DNA of 63,239 nucleotides, filler included, from an uncultured Chlamydiae bacterium (GCA_937899275.1; 13 parts of 13 records of this genome joined end to end with filler, not necessarily neighbours in it); one strand, 5' to 3'. Positions 8,901 through 17,023 are shown, counted from the first letter of the whole stretch. A program made the numbers and translations. Notes: generated by a model from the sequence alone, not told the origin.

Positions 8901-11366
8901 CCGGTAAAGACGCAGCAAGGCAAGATCATTAAAACCTTTACTTACGATGTTTGTGGCGGCTGCATTTCTACTACCGATGGAGACGGCAAAACTACACAGC
9001 AAACATTAGATGGACTTGGAAGGATCAGCAAAAAAGAGCTTCCTGGCGGAGCGCTGATCCTTTGTTTTTACGATGTGGATTCAAATAGAACAAAAGTGGT
9101 TTTACCAAACGGGGTGATATGGAAAGCGTCTTATGATGGTATGGGCAGAAAAACTACGGAAACAGTGCACGCTTTAGATGCAAGCACACAAAACTGGAGC
9201 TACACATACCAAGAAGGCTATTTAAAAGAAAAGAAAGATCCATTAGGCCGGTTATGGGAGTATACCTACGATAGCCGTGGTAGGTTATTACAAGAAAAAG
9301 TAGGCGCATGGAAAAAATTGTATACCTACGATGCTAGAGGTCTTTTATTATCTCTTGAGCAGGTGAGTGTGCAAAGCAGTTCATGGCCAGCTAACTTGTG
9401 GTATACTCCCACTGAAGAGCGGACAAAAATCGAGCGCAATTACAACTTAGATGGCCGCCTTACCCATGAGTCGGTCTATCTAAATGAACAACTTATACAA
9501 AAAACCGAGCAAACTTGGCAGCCTGGAAAACGTCATCTATCCACATCGAACCATCTAAGAACTTACACCTATCAAAATAACCGATTATCCTCAATTACCT
9601 CTCATGATATTGCTCTCCACTTTACCTATGATGAAAGCGGCTCTTTGATTAAAAAATCATCTCCCGTAGCTCGCGTAGATAAGCAGTATAACCCAGAAGG
9701 GCTTCCTGAGTTTTTTCGCAGCCACCTTCCTCAAAATACTTTTGAAGAAACGTTCGATTGGAGCGCTTCTGGTAAACTGAGAAATTACCACTCTTCCTTC
9801 CAAGAAAAGCAGTTCACCTATACAAATAGCGGCTACTTGCAAACGGCGGGAAAAGAGTCGTATACATTTGACTTTGGAGATATTGGTTCAGGCACTAGGA
9901 CAGGTGCACCTGATTGCTACGTTCCTAAAGGAGGTCTCGATGCATTTAGTAGAGTGGTAAAAGAAATCAATGAAGATGCACCTTCTTTTACAAGCTACGA
10001 TGCTATAGGTCAAGTAATTATAGAAGGCGCAAAAGCATGTACATGGGATCCTTGGGGTAGATTGATTAAGGTACAAGACGCCGCTACTTGGGAAGCTTCA
10101 TATGATGGTTTAGGAAGGCGCCTACAAACAAGGTACACTCCAGAAAACGATGCTACAATCACTACCTCTTTTTTCTACGATCCTCAAGAAGAATTCCAAG
10201 AAATTGGGCTGTCTATAGACGACAAAACCTATTGGAAGCTACACGGCCCTCAATGTTGTGAAGCGATCTTTGATGAAAAAGGGCATTCGGTTTTCCTACA
10301 GTATAATGCCTTAAATGAGCTAATAGCGGTTGTCGATCAAACCCAAACAACATATATCGAGACTACCTCTTCATCTTACGGTCCCCAAGGAAATCCTACT
10401 CCCATAACCGACCTTTTTTCCTACGCGAAAAGCCTTTCTTGGCATAGTAAAAGCTTAGATCCAACGGGTTTGATCTGGCTTGGTAAAAGGTATTATAATC
10501 CGCAAACCGGAAGATTTCTAAGTCCTGATCCAGTTGGGCATCCTACTTGTTTAGATCTATATGCCTATACAATAGGTGACCCTGTAAATTACGTAGATTT
10601 AGACGGTCGCTTTTCTTCTGCTGCCTATCACCGAGCGCCAAGAGTGTCACTTGTGCGTTCTTTTGCTTACTTATGCGCTCAAAAAAATTGGTGTAATTCA
10701 AAAAAGTTTAACGTAGGCAATCCCAGTCTAGGGAGTGGAGATATAGGATTTATCAACGGAATCAATACAAACTTTGAAGGTGCATATAAAAGTGCAGTAA
10801 AGCTCAGTGAATACGCGCAAGGCCGTGAGATCTCTGGTGTGTATAATGCCACAAACCTCTCTGGTCCTATGGCGAATTGTGTTTTGCCAAAAAAACATCG
10901 ATCTTTGTCCTTAGGGTTAGACGTAGTTGAATGCTTACTTGGGCATATGGGTATTCCAACAACTCCAGTAGCGTTTTTACAAGAGGTGTGGACTCGGTTT
11001 ATTTTAACGCACGGTCCTGACGCAAAATTTCTACAATTATGTTATAGCGGAGGAGCTATTCATGTAAAAAACGCCCTTAGCACTTTATCAGAAAGAGATA
11101 GGCAACGTATCATCGTAGTAGCAATTGCTCCTGGAGCAATTGTGCCCGACGAGCTATGTTATAGATCGTACAATTACGTCAGCAGTAGAGATATTGTCCC
11201 GTATCTAGACGTTATAGGCCAATTACGGTACGGTGATCAACTAACTGTATTAGATGCTCACCCTGATGCGCCATTTTGGGATCATGGGTTTTTGAGCCCT
11301 ACCTTTGAGGGTGTTTTGATTGAGCATATTACGGATCATTGCAAGGGTTATGGAGTCTTATTATGA
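2970..11366 (+). CDS. Giant RHS/YD-repeat polymorphic toxin (signal peptide, helical N-region, transglutaminase-like domain, DUF6531-like, RHS core, alpha/beta-hydrolase-like tip)
   Basis: DPVDVVSGSF...LEIRRNYNS; many YD repeats; RHS core GKRYYNPQTGRFLSPDP...DPVNYVDLDG; tip with FINGINT and CYSGGA. Confidence 0.92.
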   Translation: MKKVYFAMLLIFTCSLYALHEPECHDIRKDMLKEWSQHNKWIEQFQEIGVGEKGLEYLREALACCEKAFEHVDRILRDIAGKSRRRKRCNWRIEMKKSCEKDQANIQKEIALIQDFINQVLISLAVTKAQPIYQQGMEVSKEAKIRERQMPPRTLANTEEIVQELEEIVGLYRKAESLVQEAYMVLSSCPEMTSENTTIVNTALNNLAELASSAQKDRESWPQKVVEKKRSMENRVDDLLKDAALFAEKKLMRSAYHLEKQALLILNTLIENSSDEKQEAFEKTREKLQASIQLFEEKADRNRLTKTLDTSSFQEFQEQEKQRRAAFFSSALSANPPAIQEADFTRKSVALVTPLDGQIAMSLGKYSLYLTQFYRFYIQSDQPITKLRVKVYEQDIWIDEEVLSIPLRDTPSWQSYLLSDNGMHIPKTRLEKKYGLSLRIYFTSDPKHKGSFVLSQQGKNPRYHFSFSTEEGANLYDCTFSQPPPWQLRALCKPAQLIAPHRLDQNRYALKSNAFSLNTKEVDSHFSLLDDFVKKHKNDPLALASYVQNEIAFVHAYCYKEKGVFQAPGIQRNPLRVFLEGKGSPWEQCQLLVYLLRQAGYEALYAKGKPYSLSKDTLENLLITQLPKGKRAGLVNYPWVVFFDGEKWVSLFPWMQEVRKIEGFTVYHYLPEEFASADRWILQYLQADERILKHTGPDGDDSAGRLFAAFVKEHLRRQGLSLDDVGMRCMQIKRQFASLQDFPSPKIEGEFQVFDLHKDMPLFAKAKMTISPRNHPENALETILPLTAITDKSIPLHFEENQLYVHFLGEENPRILQLTEADTLVDIQLVIEMPLGDQCFQTARSVSLEKGAEAALCFHFGGDAHKLTKIAFDRFNKEKNQQKKIQNLLSFVGAAYFARCGSAQNMLAELHKVHPLGYFAFGLAKFAPGRKDHFDQKFPQVDMIFLGRPSVDTAPISFLHDDMYPTLRQFDALVIVDVSSNEHQILRDIFSDEGAISTVRLLQLAHQNAQKMGDGTKGFIALSAEILKEIENDPESAYAQHFSHLPKIHLSDLQNASQWNMAKYLLQKEDFFHNFAYIYMTPGKVKSLDGTYQEMGTLIFHPSSSAALISFGSLHLHGGLGTPLPPRYFDPNIIPHWYLSPTNHNYLHSYRLQVPVVEPLSSPKVTSKPKWKPDVRSDYKSSWNEVADPVDVVSGSFYIDEVDLILPGPFPLEIRRNYNSQNPIQEQLGVGWKLSLNPSLVQQGDELYAAEADGTIICYSYNPSASRWEVFAEHNPSLSNYNQKGIGSTANPFHSYIQDNILYGADGSKRFFENGYLRKWVNAQGAHLTFHYAEGLLIRIESSYGEFFGLEYNETRKVAEIYARDGRRVSYRYNTQGDLVKVTFPNTKTTLYEYDSEHRLFRESNALGAVIENIFDEEGRVIEQRSPMGPYQEMVVTARFIYSDQETVVIDAAGGKTTYKIFDKQIYQIIDPLGVKTLQSWFIDANSWFDAEKEEVCPWPYPGGAVRSLKSTTDKRGLTTSYLYDQQGNPVEITLAGADLTGDGRKTLKKNLRFNERNLCIEEETEGQKITTTYDLDFPYLPKKIETYRNGYLISYTALRYNALGQLIEEDQNGAITYLTYNTRGFPDEKTQCTGTEDPPVVTKYTYSAQGQCVEKIKEDLIEKNAYDIMGNIVESLCFSPEGKLLSANYMGYNLNNQLIWQQGANPENITYFDYHTSGKIKAKRQHLPTQNRVACTLFSYDVMGYLTEEIDALGCTTYRTYDALGNIVSQTKEGHTTKYCYEAGGLLKTMQSPSGAKTTKYYTTNGLVKNQLYPDCASASITYDVFCLPIVETKHGVTWTISYDDALKEVSKTHVATGEIERRRYDARGNLIAFTDCVGAVWTKTYDQLNRIKTEVTPTGEKTTYSYAANVVVCSRPNGELIKTLYEAGKVKKSAIYDAENHLIESSSYSYDPITDQEKTVSGDRVTLTWLNAFGKPVKTQQGKIIKTFTYDVCGGCISTTDGDGKTTQQTLDGLGRISKKELPGGALILCFYDVDSNRTKVVLPNGVIWKASYDGMGRKTTETVHALDASTQNWSYTYQEGYLKEKKDPLGRLWEYTYDSRGRLLQEKVGAWKKLYTYDARGLLLSLEQVSVQSSSWPANLWYTPTEERTKIERNYNLDGRLTHESVYLNEQLIQKTEQTWQPGKRHLSTSNHLRTYTYQNNRLSSITSHDIALHFTYDESGSLIKKSSPVARVDKQYNPEGLPEFFRSHLPQNTFEETFDWSASGKLRNYHSSFQEKQFTYTNSGYLQTAGKESYTFDFGDIGSGTRTGAPDCYVPKGGLDAFSRVVKEINEDAPSFTSYDAIGQVIIEGAKACTWDPWGRLIKVQDAATWEASYDGLGRRLQTRYTPENDATITTSFFYDPQEEFQEIGLSIDDKTYWKLHGPQCCEAIFDEKGHSVFLQYNALNELIAVVDQTQTTYIETTSSSYGPQGNPTPITDLFSYAKSLSWHSKSLDPTGLIWLGKRYYNPQTGRFLSPDPVGHPTCLDLYAYTIGDPVNYVDLDGRFSSAAYHRAPRVSLVRSFAYLCAQKNWCNSKKFNVGNPSLGSGDIGFINGINTNFEGAYKSAVKLSEYAQGREISGVYNATNLSGPMANCVLPKKHRSLSLGLDVVECLLGHMGIPTTPVAFLQEVWTRFILTHGPDAKFLQLCYSGGAIHVKNALSTLSERDRQRIIVVAIAPGAIVPDELCYRSYNYVSSRDIVPYLDVIGQLRYGDQLTVLDAHPDAPFWDHGFLSPTFEGVLIEHITDHCKGYGVLL

Positions 11367-11489
11367 AAATACTATTAGGTATTGGTACTGTTTTATTGGT
11401 GTCGTATTTTCTTTTGCGCGGCTCTCCTTTGCTGCACCAATCACCTCGCTATGTGAAATTAGCAGATCAAATCACAGCAAAAATGGCTA
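11363..11489 (+). CDS. Probable RHS immunity protein (partial, runs into contig end)
   Basis: ATGA overlap with the RHS stop; MKILLGIGTVLLVSYFLL membrane anchor or signal. Confidence 0.6.
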
Positions 11490-11589
11490 NNNNNNNNNNN
11501 NNNNNNNNNNNNNNNNNNNNNNNNNNNNNNNNNTTAATTAATTAANNNNNNNNNNNNNNNNNNNNNNNNNNNNNNNNNNNNNNNNNNNN
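11490..11589. other. Artificial contig spacer. Same spacer at 22116-22215, 27970-28069, 31456-31555, 33299-33398, 36640-36739, 43127-43226, 46957-47056, 50788-50887, 55628-55727, 57420-57519, 61536-61635
   Basis: Identical 44N-TTAATTAATTAA-44N linker carrying stops in all six frames. Confidence 0.99.
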
Positions 11590-12013
11590 AAGAAGCGAGC
11601 CTTGCAATGAGTCCCATATGTTTTACGACAAAACGAGCTAATTGTTGAGATTTTTTTGATACGGACTTTGGGAGGATATCCAACAATGGTAAGTATTGTA
11701 TCTGTGCCTTCCGAATTATATCGTAATTTTTATCTACAAGTACCGTAGCATATAATAGAGCTGCTCCGGTTAATAAAACGCCTACTAAAGGCAATACTTG
11801 CAGCGTAAGTGCAAACATAGTAGAGATTTTCGAAAAGCAGTTTTTTGCAATAAATACGACTACTTGCATTGTACATCCAGTCTGGCCGGCAATACTTCCA
11901 CACTCTAAGTAGGGATTTTGGCCTTGACGGATTTCTTTTCCTTTTTCGTCCCAATGGCTAATGTCTTTTCCTAATTTAAGCCCCGTAACAGCAGCAATTC
12001 CCATGTAATTCAC
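11590..12013 (-). CDS. Hypothetical membrane protein (3' truncated)
   Basis: ORF with an extended hydrophobic stretch, open to the contig end. Confidence 0.55.
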
Positions 12014-12082
12014 TCCAAATTTGGAAGATAATTTATGTGAGAAAGGCTTTATTTACAATAAATTCTATGGCAAATGCGGTAT

Positions 12083-13027
12083 TTACTCCGCTTTATGAAT
12101 CATTTTTTGTTTCAGGTCTTTGAGAGAAGATTCTACTAAGCTTAAAATCTCGTAAAGAGGATAGGCAAATTGATCGATAAAATCTTGTTGCGAGCGGATT
12201 TCTTGCGCGAAGAAATCAGCCTCACTAATACGCTCTTGTAAAGGCTGGTGTTTTCTTTGCATTTCTTCGGCTTTTTCTAGATATAGCTCTTTTCTTAATC
12301 GAAAAACCCATTTTTCTCCGATTTCTTTTCCCCGAATCAACTGGCTTAAATCAGCGCATTTCAAAAGTAATATGCTGTATTCAAGAGGGCTTAGGTTGTC
12401 TATGCGTTTTTTAAAGAGGTCTACATAGTGTGTATGCAGCTGCATATCTGTGGATAAAATCAGCGCTTCAAGCCATGTTGTATACCCCTTTTTATCTTGA
12501 AAAGAAACGATCTTCCAACTCGGATCTTCTAGTAAAGCGCAGGCAACTTCTGTATGGTATTTTTCTAAAAGAGAGGTATCTCCATATTTTTCATAGAGTT
12601 CAGAGGAAAACATCTTTTGGTATTTTGCAGTTTTTCCTGGGTGCGCAATATCATGATTTAAGGCGGCTAAAAAAAGATAGAGCCGCTTTTTGTGGTTGAG
12701 CCGAGATCGTAAAGCGCCTCTTTTATCAACCATGTAGATGAAGTGGGTCACTTCTACCGCATGGCGAAAATTATGGTAAGGGCGCTCTTCATAATTATCC
12801 TTTACCGCTGCTATGTATTTCTTGAGATCTACAGGATCGATTGCACACTCTTTTATAAGACCAGCCTCTTCAAAAAAACAAAAAACAGCGTCTTCTAAGT
12901 CCTGTAGATCATATGCAAAGACATTGAAAGACCAGGAGTTATAAGAAGTCTGATCCATGGCAAAAGCCTCTATTGGTTGTAGAGTCGTTATTATCATTAG
13001 GCATACAGAAAAAATGGTTTTTATCAT
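12083..13027 (-). CDS. Class I (eukaryote-type) 3',5'-cyclic nucleotide phosphodiesterase with predicted signal peptide
   Basis: YHNFRHAVEV, HDIAHPG, LLEKYH, LILSTDM, LKCADLS, QQDFID match the PDEase_I catalytic motifs in order. Likely start MIKTIFSVCLMIITTLQPIEAFA. Confidence 0.88.
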   Translation of the reverse strand: MIKTIFSVCLMIITTLQPIEAFAMDQTSYNSWSFNVFAYDLQDLEDAVFCFFEEAGLIKECAIDPVDLKKYIAAVKDNYEERPYHNFRHAVEVTHFIYMVDKRGALRSRLNHKKRLYLFLAALNHDIAHPGKTAKYQKMFSSELYEKYGDTSLLEKYHTEVACALLEDPSWKIVSFQDKKGYTTWLEALILSTDMQLHTHYVDLFKKRIDNLSPLEYSILLLKCADLSQLIRGKEIGEKWVFRLRKELYLEKAEEMQRKHQPLQERISEADFFAQEIRSQQDFIDQFAYPLYEILSLVESSLKDLKQKMIHKAE

Positions 13028-13124
13028 AGAAATTGGGCTCCATTTTGGAAAAAACAAGATGTATAAGCGCAAAAGCTTACTACTTCTTCTTGCCAAAAAC
13101 AAAGTTTTTTCCAAAAGTGAGGGA

Positions 13125-13397
13125 ATGGATAGAGAAAATATACGGATCAAAAAAGAGCTCATTTCTTGTATGGAAGATCTGATTGATAAAATCGAGTTTT
13201 GTGCATCTTTAGGAATGCGAGATACCCCTTCTTTATACAACGCTGTTCTTGATATGGAGAAGACGGTTTCTTATGCAAAAATAGCGGCAGACCTAGAAAA
13301 CGTCCTTTATAAAGGACAAGCGTTGGAGAAAAATTTAGATAGCTGGCTTTTGCGGCATGGAAAAGAAACAACCGCTCTTTTTTGGCCTAAAATCTAG
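13125..13397 (+). CDS. Hypothetical protein (90 aa)
   Basis: GAGGG RBS before the ATG at 13125; divergent from the PDE and leads into the MFS gene. Confidence 0.6.
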   Translation: MDRENIRIKKELISCMEDLIDKIEFCASLGMRDTPSLYNAVLDMEKTVSYAKIAADLENVLYKGQALEKNLDSWLLRHGKETTALFWPKI

Positions 13398-13432
13398 TCC
13401 CAGAGTAATAGAAAAATATACAGGTATAGTTT

Positions 13433-14692
13433 TTGGACAAAATAGAGACTAGCTTCAAGAAAAAAGGGGTTCTATTCACTTTAATTGCCATTACGTTTAT
13501 CGATTATATGAGTATTGGCCTTGTCTATCCCCTATTTACCTCTCTTGTGTTTGATCAAAAAACAGGGTTTTTCCCTCCAGGAACTTCAGATGCTTTTCGG
13601 GGTCTTGTTCTAGGTGTGCTTTTTTCTTTAATGCCTTTGGTGCAGTTTTTTAGCGCTCCTATCATTGGATTTTTATCCGATCGCAAAGGAAGAAAAACCC
13701 TTCTTTTAGTAACGCTTACGATTGGGTTAATAGCGTACTGTATTTCTGTTGCAGGAGTGCATAGCAAGAGTTTATCCCTACTCATCATCTCCAGAATCCT
13801 TCTAGGGGTTTCTGGAGGATCTGCAGCTATCGTGCAAGCGGTGTTTGCCGATATTAGTAATGAAGAGGAAAAATCAAGCTATTTTAGTTTATTTAATATG
13901 GCTTTAGGTGCGGGGCTGACGGTAGGCCCTTTTGTAGGAGGCAAATTTTCCGATCCCAGTTTTTTCTCTATGGGCAGCTATGAGCTTCCCTTTTGGTTTG
14001 CCTCAGTAATTATTTGCATCAATATCTTGTTAGTGTTGTTTTTTCTAGAAGAAACGAAACAAGTAGAAAACAATTTTACTCCAATAGAATTGATTTCTGG
14101 CATGCGGCATATCCAAGAGGCTCTCTACCTTCCGGGGCTTCGTATTTTATTTGTTTGCGCATTTATTTTTTCTTTTGGCTGGTCTTTTTTTATTGAATTT
14201 GTACCTGTTTATATGATGGGTAAATACGCTTTTCGCTCCCCTGATATTGGGACATTTTATGCGTATTCTTCAGGGGTTTATGCGCTTAGTTGCGGCGTTT
14301 TAATCCGTCCTATTATAAAACATGTTTCATCGTACCACGTGCTTTTTTTCGGGCTGCTTTTTTGTGGTAGCTACGTGTTGGGATTTCTTTTTATAGAAAG
14401 TGCGTTTTATGTATGGGTATATTTTCCCTTTCTTCTTTTTTTAGTCGCCTTGATTTTCCCCACACTAACAACCATGATTTCTCAAGAAGCTATGCAAAAC
14501 TCTCAGGGAAAAACTTTAGGCATCTTGCAATCGGTTCAATCGATGGCTTTTGCGATTTCCCCCCTATTTTCTGGGCCTCTTGTAGGGCTATACCCGTTCA
14601 TGCCTATTGTGATTGGAAGCTTTTCTATGTTAGCTGCATCAGCTGTGTTTGGTTGTTTTTTCAGCGTAAAAAAATCTATAGAAAAACCATGA
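13433..14692 (+). CDS. MFS transporter, TetA/DHA1-like
   Basis: About 12 TM segments; motif A GFLSDRKGRK; GLTVGPFVGG motif C. Confidence 0.9.
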   Translation: MDKIETSFKKKGVLFTLIAITFIDYMSIGLVYPLFTSLVFDQKTGFFPPGTSDAFRGLVLGVLFSLMPLVQFFSAPIIGFLSDRKGRKTLLLVTLTIGLIAYCISVAGVHSKSLSLLIISRILLGVSGGSAAIVQAVFADISNEEEKSSYFSLFNMALGAGLTVGPFVGGKFSDPSFFSMGSYELPFWFASVIICINILLVLFFLEETKQVENNFTPIELISGMRHIQEALYLPGLRILFVCAFIFSFGWSFFIEFVPVYMMGKYAFRSPDIGTFYAYSSGVYALSCGVLIRPIIKHVSSYHVLFFGLLFCGSYVLGFLFIESAFYVWVYFPFLLFLVALIFPTLTTMISQEAMQNSQGKTLGILQSVQSMAFAISPLFSGPLVGLYPFMPIVIGSFSMLAASAVFGCFFSVKKSIEKP

Positions 14693-14693
14693 C

Positions 14694-15437
14694 TTACCTG
14701 CTTAGCTGAGAAATAAGGACAGCTGCAGCTGCAGATACATTGAGTGAATGCACCTTACCTTTCATAGGAATATACACAAGGTGGTCTGACTTTTTCTTTA
14801 ATAAAGGAGAGATCCCCTCACCTTCTGATCCTAAAATCAAAGCGGTTTTGTTTTTTTTAGGTACCTGCCAAAAGTCGGTAGAACCAGAATCTACAGCAGC
14901 AGATAAAATGGTAAATCCCTCATCTTTTAGTCCATCGACTGCAGCGGCTAATCTAGCTGTTTGCACTAAAGTGAGATGTTCAGATGCTCCTGAGCTTACC
15001 TTACTTAAGCTAGGGGTAAGAGAGGGGCCGGTTTGCTCAGAAAAAAGCACTCCGCTTACACCAAAACATTCTGCAGAGCGAAAAATCGCTCCTACATTAT
15101 GGGGATCTTGGATATGATCTAAAATCAAGACCAAAGATGTTTTTTCCTGTTTCATCTGTTGAAAAAAGTCTTTTAGATGGGTAAAGCGGCGTTTTTTTAT
15201 ATACGCTACAAATCCTTGATGGGAGCTTGATCCTGCAATTTCTTCTAACGTTTTTTTAGAGACAAGTTGCCTAGGGATCCGTTTTTCTTCTAGCCTGCGA
15301 TACAGCGTTTTTTTTCTCACATTTTTTTTCATTGCATCTTGTACAAATACCTGGACAAGTCTTTGGGGATAATGGTGTAAAAGTTCACTAACGCAGTGTA
15401 TACCCATAACTACATCATAAGAGTCGGTTTGTTTCAT
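14694..15437 (-). CDS. rlmB: 23S rRNA (Gm2251) methyltransferase, TrmH/SpoU family
   Basis: HQGFVA, LDHIQDPHNVGAIFRSA, LGSEGEGI, IPMKGKVHSLNVSAAAA. Confidence 0.9.
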   Translation of the reverse strand: MKQTDSYDVVMGIHCVSELLHHYPQRLVQVFVQDAMKKNVRKKTLYRRLEEKRIPRQLVSKKTLEEIAGSSSHQGFVAYIKKRRFTHLKDFFQQMKQEKTSLVLILDHIQDPHNVGAIFRSAECFGVSGVLFSEQTGPSLTPSLSKVSSGASEHLTLVQTARLAAAVDGLKDEGFTILSAAVDSGSTDFWQVPKKNKTALILGSEGEGISPLLKKKSDHLVYIPMKGKVHSLNVSAAAAVLISQLSR

Positions 15438-15462
15438 AAAAAGCTTCCTTGATTACTTTGTC

Positions 15463-16491
15463 TTACCACATCCAATCGATTTTTGCCAAAATCCGATAAG
15501 ACGTTTGTCTCATCCGGTAGGAAATGTCTAGAACAGAAGATTGGATAGTATTTTCTTGGACCGTTTGCCTATTTTGCCCTTGTTGCAATCCAGTAAAATA
15601 ATAGGCAATATCTGCCTTTGCGGCTAACTGCACAGCAGAGGATGCTGCTATTTTTACCTCAACTTGACCTAACTGCGCATGAGAGCTAGATGTATTTAAT
15701 CTACTTTCATTAACAATTTTTCTACCAGTTTCGCTGGTAAATGCTGATTGTACGGTAGTTTTTGTCGATAAAAAGGCGTATCCATAGATCGCTTTAAATG
15801 CAAAATAAGGAGTAGGTTCTAAAGAAAATACAGGTCCGATTACAAAACCCCATCTGTTGATCTGCAAATCTTTCGGTAAAAACGAGCGGTAGCTTCCCTC
15901 TAGACTGAGATCTTCTACAGGCTTTCTGGCCAGTATTTGCCAAAAGTAGAGAAATCGCAGTAAAGGGCCAAAAGATACCTCATATTGTTTATTAGGAGTC
16001 AACGACACTAAATAACCTCCTCCTATATCTACATCCATAGCTAAAGAGCTGGTTGTAAACGTAAAATCGAGATCGATAGATCCTTGATCTGTAAAAATCG
16101 GTGACTGGTGTAATGCGCCTTTTCCTATGTAGGAAAAAGAGGAGGAAGCGCGCAGGTACATATCTCTATAAAGCTTTTCCAATTGCACAGCAGTTACACC
16201 GTAGGAAATAGAATCGTAGCGCTCTTCATAGATTAAAGAGCTTGCAGTCGTTTCTTCTAAAGATAGCCGAAGGGTATCTTCCCTGTATCCTGAGGCAATT
16301 TCTACACAAATTGGTTTTGTTGTGGTCGCAAAAACAGAAGATACACTACAGGCTAAAAAAGTCCACACATAGCTACAGCTCTTGATAGTCCTCTCTCCTT
16401 TCCCAATACTCTGATCCATAGTCATAGGTAAGCTGCTCTCCTTCCGCAATATCTCTATTGGAACGGACGATGATACGCATCTGGTTTTCAT
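15463..16491 (-). CDS. Putative outer-membrane beta-barrel protein (true start probably downstream of 16491)
   Basis: Signal-like VWTFLACSVSSVFA, alternating beta-strand pattern, aromatic C-terminus KIDWMW. Confidence 0.55.
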   Translation of the reverse strand: MKTRCVSSSVPIEILRKESSLPMTMDQSIGKGERTIKSCSYVWTFLACSVSSVFATTTKPICVEIASGYREDTLRLSLEETTASSLIYEERYDSISYGVTAVQLEKLYRDMYLRASSSFSYIGKGALHQSPIFTDQGSIDLDFTFTTSSLAMDVDIGGGYLVSLTPNKQYEVSFGPLLRFLYFWQILARKPVEDLSLEGSYRSFLPKDLQINRWGFVIGPVFSLEPTPYFAFKAIYGYAFLSTKTTVQSAFTSETGRKIVNESRLNTSSSHAQLGQVEVKIAASSAVQLAAKADIAYYFTGLQQGQNRQTVQENTIQSSVLDISYRMRQTSYRILAKIDWMW

Positions 16492-17023
16492 GAAAAATCA
16501 GTAAAGAGTCGCAGTTGCCTTTTTCTTTATGGTTTAAAAACCGGATGTAATTACCACTTGTTTTTGCATCAATTGTGTAGGCCGTCTCCAAGCTTTCTCC
16601 TACAGTGTATTCAAAAGTGTAGGCATTTTCTTCATCGATCTTTTTCTGTTTTTTACGTACTAAGCCGACGTATTCTCCGATAAAGCGGTATTTTTTGATC
16701 GGCTTTTCTGCAAAAGCTCCATATCCAATACTTTCATGAATCCAATGAATCGATAAAGGTGGAGTCCATATCTCTTTGATCTCTTGATCAAAGAGATAGC
16801 CAAGCCATTTTTGCTCTCTTGAGATATATCCATGGCGCAGTCCATACTCGGTCAATTTTTCAATATGCCGCTGGATTTTTTTTGTCTGAAAGTAAGATGC
16901 AGTGATGTAGCGAAGACCTAAAGCTGTTTCGTATTCTGCTGGGGTTTTAGCAATAAGCACACCTTCTTTAAATACAGGAGGTGTGAAACTCTGCTCTTCT
17001 AATAGCGATCTTTTTAAGCTCAT
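16373..17023 (-). CDS. SET-domain lysine methyltransferase (chlamydial NUE-like)
   Basis: GYGAFA, IGEYVG, GNYIRFLNH, IAEGEQLTYDYG. Confidence 0.9.
   Translation of the reverse strand: MSLKRSLLEEQSFTPPVFKEGVLIAKTPAEYETALGLRYITASYFQTKKIQRHIEKLTEYGLRHGYISREQKWLGYLFDQEIKEIWTPPLSIHWIHESIGYGAFAEKPIKKYRFIGEYVGLVRKKQKKIDEENAYTFEYTVGESLETAYTIDAKTSGNYIRFLNHKEKGNCDSLLIFHENQMRIIVRSNRDIAEGEQLTYDYGSEYWERREDYQEL

Noticed and set aside
2997..10076. Many short antisense or alternate-frame ORFs inside the RHS gene (and likewise inside other long genes)
   Set aside because: Shadow ORFs with no motifs, fully overlapping well-supported genes.
13028..13240. 71-aa N-terminal extension of the PDE in the ORF track
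   Set aside because: It overlaps the divergent gene starting at 13125; the ATG at 13027 gives a clean signal peptide.
13433..14692. Tetracycline resistance gene tetA
   Set aside because: Only family-level DHA1 similarity; no tetR or mobile context.
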